A stretch of DNA of 64,000 bases. Source: Eledone cirrhosa. Its lineage: Eukaryota. The position numbers and the translations under genes are program-made. This document shows positions 56,901 to 64,000 of the stretch, piece after piece. The stretch covers positions 28,086,001-28,150,000 of the forward strand of contig OZ024740.1 of assembly GCA_964016885.1 (NCBI GenBank), in the 5' to 3' direction. Position 1 is the first letter of the stretch; each line of letters starts with the position of its first letter. The notes beneath the pieces were generated by a model that ran no database searches, had not been told where the DNA came from, and worked only from the letters and a program-made list of their open reading frames with translations.

Positions 56901-59900
56901 CTGAGTATATGTGATTTTCCTGACTATATGTGATTTTCCTGAGTATATGTGATTTTCCTGACTGTATGTGATTTTTCTGACAATAATATTGTGATTTTCA
57001 TGAGTATGTGTGATACCCCTGAGTATATGTGATTTTCATGAGTATATGTGATATTCCTGAGTATATGTGATTTTCCTGACTATATGTGATTTTCCTGAGT
57101 ATATGTGATCGTCCTGAGTATATGTGATTTTCCTGAGTATATGCGATTTTCCTGAGTATATGTGATTTTTCTGAGTATATGTGATTTTCCTGAGTATATG
57201 TGATTTTCCTGACAATATGTGATTTTCATGAGTATGTGTGATTTTCCTGACTATATGTGATTTTCCTGAGTATATGTGATTTTCCTGAGTATATGTGATT
57301 TCCCTGAATATATGTGATTTTCCTGAGTATATGTGATTTCCCTGAATATATGTGATTTTCCTGAGTATATGTGATTTTCCTTTGTATATATGATTTTCCT
57401 GAGTATATGTGATTTTCCTGAGTATATGTGATTTCCCTGAGTATATGTGATTTTGCTGAGTATATGTGATTTTCCTGAGTATATGTGATTTCCCTGACTA
57501 TATGTGATTTCCTGACGATATGTGATTTTCCTAACTATATGTGATTTTCCTGACTATATGAGATTTTCCTGAGTATATGTGATTTTCCTGACTATATGTA
57601 ATTTTCCTGAGTATATGTGATTTCCCTGACTATATGTGATTTTCCTGAATATATGTGATTTTCTTGACAAAATGTGATTTTCCTTAGTATATGTGATTTT
57701 CCTGAGTATATGTGATTTCCCTGAGTATACGTGATTTTACTGGCTATATGTGATTTTCCTGAGTATATGTGATTTTCCTGCGTATATGTGATTTTTCCTG
57801 AGTATATGTGATTTTCCTGATTATATGTGATTTCCCTGAGTATATGTGATTTTCCTGAGTATATGTGATATTCCTGAGTATAGGCGATTTCCTGAGTATA
57901 TGTGATTTTTCTGACTATATGTGATCTTCCTGAGTATATGTGATTTCCCTGAGTATATGTGATTTTCCTGAGTATATGTGATTTTCCTGAGTATATGTGA
58001 TTTTCCTGAGTCTATGTGATTTTCCTGACTATATGTGATTTCCCTGAATATATGTGATTTTCCAGAGTATATGCGATTTTCCTGAGTATATGTGATTTCC
58101 TTGAGTATATGTGATTTCCTGACTATATGTGATTTCCCTGAGTATATGTGATTTTCCTGAGTATATGTTATTTTCATGAGTATTTGATTTTCCTGAGTTT
58201 AAGTGATTTTCCTGACTATTTGTGATTTTCCTGACTATATGTGATTTTCCTGAGTATATGCGACTTTCCTGAGTATATTACATTTTCCTGACTATATGTG
58301 ATCTTCCTGAGTATATGTGATTTCCCTGAGTATATGTGATTTTCCTGACTATTTGTGATTTCCTGAGTATATGTGATTTTCCTGACTATATGTGATTTTC
58401 CTGAGTATATGTGATCTTTCTGAGTATATGTGATTTTCCTGAGTATAGGCGATTTTCCTGAGTATATTTGATTTTGCTGACTATATGTGTTCTTCCTGAG
58501 TATGTGTGATTTCCAGGAATATATGTGATTTTCCTGAGTGTATGTGATTTTCCTGAGTATATGTGATTTTCCTGAATATATGTGATTTTCCTGAGTATAT
58601 GTTATTTCCCTGAATATATGTGATTTTCCTGAGTATATGTGATTTTCCTGTGTATATATGATTTTCCTGAGTATATGTGATTTTCCTGAGTATATGTGAT
58701 TTCCCTGAGAATATGAGATTTTCATGAGTATATGTGATTTCACTAGGTATATGTGAATTTCCTGACTATATTTGATTTTTCTGACTATATGTGATTTCAT
58801 TGGGTATTTGTGATTTCCTGACTATATGTGATTTTCCTGAGTATATGTGATCTTCCTGAGTATATGTGATTTTCCTGAGTATATGTGATTTTCCTGACTA
58901 TATGTGATTTTCCTGAGTATATGTGATTTTCCTGAGTATATGTGATTTCCCTGAGTATATGTGATTTTCCTGACTATTTGTGATTTTCCTGACTATGTGA
59001 TTTTCCTGACTATATGTGATTTTCCTGAGTATATGTGATTTTCCTGACTATATGTGATTTTCCTGAGTATATGTAATTTCCCTGAGTATATGTGATTTCC
59101 CTGACTATATGTGATTTCCCTGAGTATATGTGATTTTGCTGAGTATATGTGATTTTCCTGAGTATATGTGATTTCACTGAGTATATGTGATTTTACTGGA
59201 TATATGTGATTTTCCTGAGTATATGTGATTTTCATGAGTATGTGTGATTTTCCTGACTATATGTGATTTTCCTGAGTATATGTGATTTTCCTGAGTATAT
59301 GTGATTTCCCTGAATATATGTGATTTTCCTGAGTATATGTGATTTCCCTGAATATATGTGATTTTCCTGAGTATATGTGATTTTCCTTTGTATATATGAT
59401 TTTCCTGAGTATATGTGATTTTCCTGAGTATATGTGATTTCCCTGAGTATATGTGATTTTCCTGAGTATATGTGATTTTCCTGAGTATATGTGATTTCCC
59501 TGACTATATGTGATTTCCCTGACGATATGTGATTTTCCTAACTATATGTGATTTTCCTGACTATATGAGATTTTCCTGAGTATATGTGATTTTCCTGACT
59601 ATATGTAATTTTCCTGAGTATATGTGATTTCCCTGACTATATGTGATTTTCCTGAATATATGTGATTTTCTTGACAAAATGTGATTTTCCTTAGTATATG
59701 TGATTTTCCTGAGTGTATGTGATTTCCCTGAGTATACGTGATTTTACTGGCTATATGTGATTTTCCTGAGTATATGTGATTTTCCTGCGTATATGTGATT
59801 TTCCTGAGTATATGTGATTTTCCTGATTATATGTGATTTCCCTGAGTATATGTGATTTTCCTGAGTAAATGTGATATTCCTGAGTATAGGCGATTTTCCT

Positions 59901-60800
59901 GAGTATATGTGATTTTCCTGAGTATATGTGATCTTCCTGAGTATATGTGATTTTCCTGAGTATATGCGATTTTCCTGAGTATATGTGATTTTCCTGAGTA
60001 TATGTGATTTTCCTGACAATATGTGATTTTCATGAGTATGTGTGATTTTCCTGACTATATGTGATTTTCCTGAGTATATGTGATTTTCCTGAGTATATGT
60101 GATTTCCCTGAATATATGTGATTTTCCTGAGTATATGTGATTTCCCTGAATATATGTGATTTTCCTGAGTATATGTGATTTTCCTTTGTATATATGATTT
60201 TCCTGAGTATATGTGATTTTCCTGAGTATATGTGATTTCCCTGAGTATATGTGATTTTCCTGAGTATATGTGATTTTCCTGAGTATATGTGATTTCCCTG
60301 ACTATATGTGATTTCCCTGACGATATGTGATTTTCCTAACTATATGTGATTTTCCTGACTATATGAGATTTTCCTGAGTATATGTGATTTTCCTGAATAT
60401 ATGTAATTTTCCTGAGTATATGTGATTTCCCTGACAATATGTGATTTTCCTGAATATATGTGATTTTCTTGACAAAATGTGATTTTCCTTAGTATATGTG
60501 ATTTTCCTGAGTATATGTGATCTTCCTGAGTATATGTGATTTCCCTGAGTATATGTGATTTTCCTGAGTATATGTGATTTTCCTGAGTATATGTGATTTT
60601 CCTGAGTCTATGTGATTTTCCTGACTATATGTGATTTCCCTGAATATATGTGATTTTCCAGAGTATATGCGATTTTCCTGAGTATATGTGATTTCCTTGA
60701 GTATATGTGATTTCCCTGACTATATGTGATTTCCCTGAGTATATGTGATTTTCCTGAGTATATGTTATTTTCATGAGTATTTGATTTTCCTGAGTTTAAG
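49800..60800. repeat. Tandem duplication with a ~5535-bp period (B unit + C block)
   Basis: ORF offsets are 49814/55348 and 50590/56124 (+5534), 53456/58993 (+5537) and 54205/59744 (+5539). The rare GATACCCCTG variant occurs at ~51472 and ~57012. Confidence 0.85.
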
Positions 60801-63800
60801 TGATTTTCCTGACTATTTGTGATTTTCCTGACTATATGTGATTTTCCTGAGTATATGCGACTTTCCTGAGTATATTAGATTTTCCTGACTATATGTGATC
60901 TTCCTGAGTATATGTGATTTGCCTGAGTATATGTGATTTTCCTGACTATTTGTGATTTTCCTGAGTATATGTGATTTTCCTGACTATATGTGATTTTCCT
61001 GAGTATATGTGATCTTTCTGAGTATATGTGATTTTCCTGAGTATAGGCGATTTTCCTGAGTATATTTGATTTTGCTGACTATATGTGATCTTCCTGAGTA
61101 TGTGTGATTTCCAGGAATATATGTGATTTTCCTGAGTGTATGTGATTTTCCTGAGTATATGTGATTTTCCTGAATATATGTGATTTTCCTGAGTATATGT
61201 TATTTCCCTGAATATATGTGATTTTCCTGAGTATATGTGATTTTCCTGTGTATATATGATTTACCTGAGTATATGTGATTTTCCTGAGTATATGTGATTT
61301 CCCTGAGAATATGAGATTTTCATGAGTATATGTGATTTCACTAGGCATATGTGAATTTCCTGACTATATTTGATTTTTCTGACTATATGTGATTTCATTG
61401 GGTATTTGTGATTTTCCTGACTATATGTGATTTTCCTGAGTATATGTGATCTTCCTGAGTATATGTGATTTTCCTGAGTATATGTGATTTTCCTGACTAT
61501 ATGTGATTTTCCTGAGTATATGTGATTTTCCTGAGTATATGTGATTTCCCTGAGTATATGTGATTTTGCTGAGTATATGTGATTTTCCTGAGTATATGTG
61601 ATTTCCCTGAGTATATGTGATTTTACTGGCTATATGTGATTTTCCTGAGTATATGTGATTTTCCTGCGTATATGTGATTTTCCTGAGTATATGTGATTTT
61701 CCTGATTATATGTGACTTCCCTGAATATATGTGATTTTCCTGAGTATATATGATTTAACTTAGTATATGTGATTTTCCTGAGTATATGTGATTTCCCTGA
61801 GTATATGTGATTTTCCTGACTATTTGTGATTTTCCTGACTGTATGTGGTTTTCCTGACTATATGTGATTTTCCTGAGTTTATGTGATTTTCCTGACTATA
61901 TGTGATTTTCCTGAGTATATGTAATTTCCCTGAGTATATGTGATTCTCCTGAGTATATGTGATCTCCTGACTATATGTGATTTTCCTGAGTATATGTGAT
62001 TTCCCTGACTATATGTGATTTCCCTGAGTATATGTGATTTTCCTGATTATATGTGATTTCCCTGACTATATGTGATTTTCGTGAGTATATGTGATCTTCC
62101 TGAGTATATGTGATTTTCCTGAGTATATGTGATTTCCCTGAGTATATGTGATTTTCCTGACAATATGTGATTTTCCTGAGTATATGTGATTTTCCTGAGT
62201 ATATGTGATTTTCCTGAGTATATGAGATTTTCTTGAGTATATGTGATTTTCCTGAGTATATGTGATTTCCCTGAGTATATGTGATATTCCTGAGTATATG
62301 TGATTTTCCTGACTATATGTGATTTTCCTGAGTATATGTGATCTTCCTGAGTATATGTGATTTTTCTGATTATATGTGATTTTCCTGAGTATATGTGATT
62401 TTCCTGAGTATATGTGATTTTCCTGACAATATGTGATTTTAATGAGTGTGTGATTATCCTGACTATATGTGATTTTCCTGAGTATATGTGATTTTCTTGA
62501 GTATATGTGATTTCCCTGAATATATGTGATTTTCCTGAGTATATGTGATTTCCCTGAATATATGTGATTTTCCTGAGTATATGTGATTTTCCTTTGTATA
62601 TATGATTTTCCTGAGTATATGAGATTTTCCTGAGTATATGTGATTTCCTGAGTATATGTGATTTTCCTGAGTATATGTGATTTTCCTGAGTATATGTGAT
62701 TTCCCTGACAATATGTGATTTCCCTGACGATATGTGATTTTCCTAACTTTATGTGATTTTCCTGACTATATGAGATTTTCCTGAGTATATGTGATTTTCC
62801 TGACTATATGTAATTTTCCTGAGTATATGTGATTTCCGTGACTATATGTGATTTTCCTGAATATATGTGATTTTCTTGACAAAATGTGATTTTCCTTAGT
62901 ATATGTGATTTTCCTGAGTATATGTGATTTCCCTGAGTATATGTGATTTTACTGGCTATATGTGATTTTCCTGAGTATATGTAATTTTCCTGCGTATATG
63001 TGATTTCCCTGAGTATATGTGATTTTCCTGAGTATATATGATTTAACTTAGTATATGTGATTTTCCTGAGTATATGTGATTTTCCTGAGTATATGTGATT
63101 TTCCTGAGTATATGTGATATTCCTGATTACAGGCGATTTTCCTGAGTATATGTGATTTTTCTGACTATATGTGATCTTCCTGAGTATATGTGATTTCCCT
63201 GAGTATATGTGATTTTCCTGAGTATATGTGATTTCCTGAATATATGTGATTTACCTGAGTATATGTGATTTTCCTGTGTATATATGATTTTCCTGAGTAT
63301 ATGTGATTTTCCTGAGTATATGTGATTTCCCTGAGAATATGAGATTTTCATGAGTATATGTGATTTCACTAGGTATATGTGAATTTCCTGACTATATGTG
63401 ATTTTCCTGAGTATATGTGATTTTCCTGAGTATATGTGATTTCCCTGAGTATATGTGATTTTGATGAGTATATGTGATTTTCCTGAGTATATGTGATTTC
63501 CCTGAGTATATGTGATTTTACTGGCTATATGTGATTTTCCTGAGTATATGTGATTTTCCTGCGTATATGTGATTTTCCTGAGTATATGTGATTTTCCTGA
63601 TTATATGTGACTTCCCTGAGTATATGTGATTTTCCTGAGTATATATGATTTAACTTAGTATATGTGATTTTCCTGAGTATATGTGATTTCCCTGAGTATA
63701 TGTGATTTTCCAGAGTATATGCGATTTTCCTGAGTATATGTGATTTCCTTGAGTATATGTGATTTCCCTGACTATATGTGATTTCCCTGAGTATATGTGA

Positions 63801-64000
63801 TTTTCCTGAGTATATGTTATTTTCCTGAGTATTTGATTTTCCTGAGTTTAAGTGATTTTCCTGACTATTTGTGATTTTCCTGACTATATGTGATTTTCCT
63901 GAGTATATGTGATCTTCCTGAGTATATGTGATTTTCCTGAGTATATGCGACTTTCCTGAGTATATGTGATTTTCCTGACTATATGTGATCTTCCTGAGTA
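50900..64000. repeat. Predominantly C-type satellite with one B-type unit (~55350-56450); more diverged after ~61.5 kb
   Basis: C marker TTTTCCTTTG occurs at 51835, 53844, 54638, 57375, 59381, 60179 and ~62587. The last B landmark GATTTGTCTG is at 55923. Confidence 0.75.

Larger units (their letters stand above)
1..64000. repeat. 19-bp tandem satellite array, consensus GTGATTTTCCTGAGTATAT, ~3,370 head-to-tail copies, probably extending past both window edges
   Basis: The monomer is readable on every line in the same orientation. Common variants are GAG>GAC, TTTTCC>TTTCCC, GATT>GATC and TGTG>TGCG, with occasional 17- and 18-bp monomers. I saw no non-repeat sequence. Confidence 0.99.

Noticed and set aside
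14-63369. All minus-strand ORFs (63-194 aa) as protein-coding genes
   Set aside because: They are translations of the 19-bp repeat. The same peptide appears in overlapping frames, starts and stops come from sporadic monomer variants, there is no unique domain, and the period is not a multiple of 3.
1-64000. C2H2 zinc-finger-like appearance of the periodic His/Ser-Gly-Lys peptide
   Set aside because: There are no paired cysteines and the period is 19 aa rather than ~28. The resemblance to the HTGEKP linker is superficial.
1-64000. CRISPR array
   Set aside because: The repeats abut directly with no unique spacers, and there is no leader or cas gene.
1-64000. Telomerase-synthesised telomeric repeat
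   Set aside because: There is no G-run motif I recognise. Kilobase-scale copying of variant order indicates DNA-level duplication rather than templated addition of single units. A subtelomeric location is not excluded.
1-64000. Embedded transposon, inversion or unique island
   Set aside because: I saw no reverse-orientation monomers (GGAAAATCAC on +) and no non-repeat stretch while reading through the window.
1-64000. Variant order as an encoded message or programmed diversity cassette system
   Set aside because: The patterns are explained by point mutation plus nested duplication. No recombinase, reverse transcriptase or expression site is present.

Overview
The whole 64 kb window is one uninterrupted, single-orientation satellite array. 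It holds roughly 3,370 copies (64000/19) of a 19-bp monomer, consensus GTGATTTTCCTGAGTATAT (6/19 GC; 9 T vs 4 A on +). I see no genes, RNA genes, transposon insertions, inversions or CRISPR spacers. Every ORF in the track is a by-product of the repeat: the minus-strand consensus has no stop in any frame and reads as the 19-aa period YSGKSHILRKITYTQENHI. The real information lies in the order of variant monomers. They define nested higher-order repeats (about 760, 798, 1631, 2391 and 4022 bp), recent multi-kb duplications (offsets 2712, 3655, 4010, ~5535, 8385, 15583 and 19031-20225 bp) and three interleaved sub-families. Two indel-rich patches look like consensus or read errors, and the last ~2.5 kb is more diverged. 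This architecture is typical of eukaryotic satellite heterochromatin, but neither the organism nor a function (centromeric, subtelomeric) can be determined from the sequence. I found no support for a new protein-coding system. Boundaries were read by eye and are approximate.
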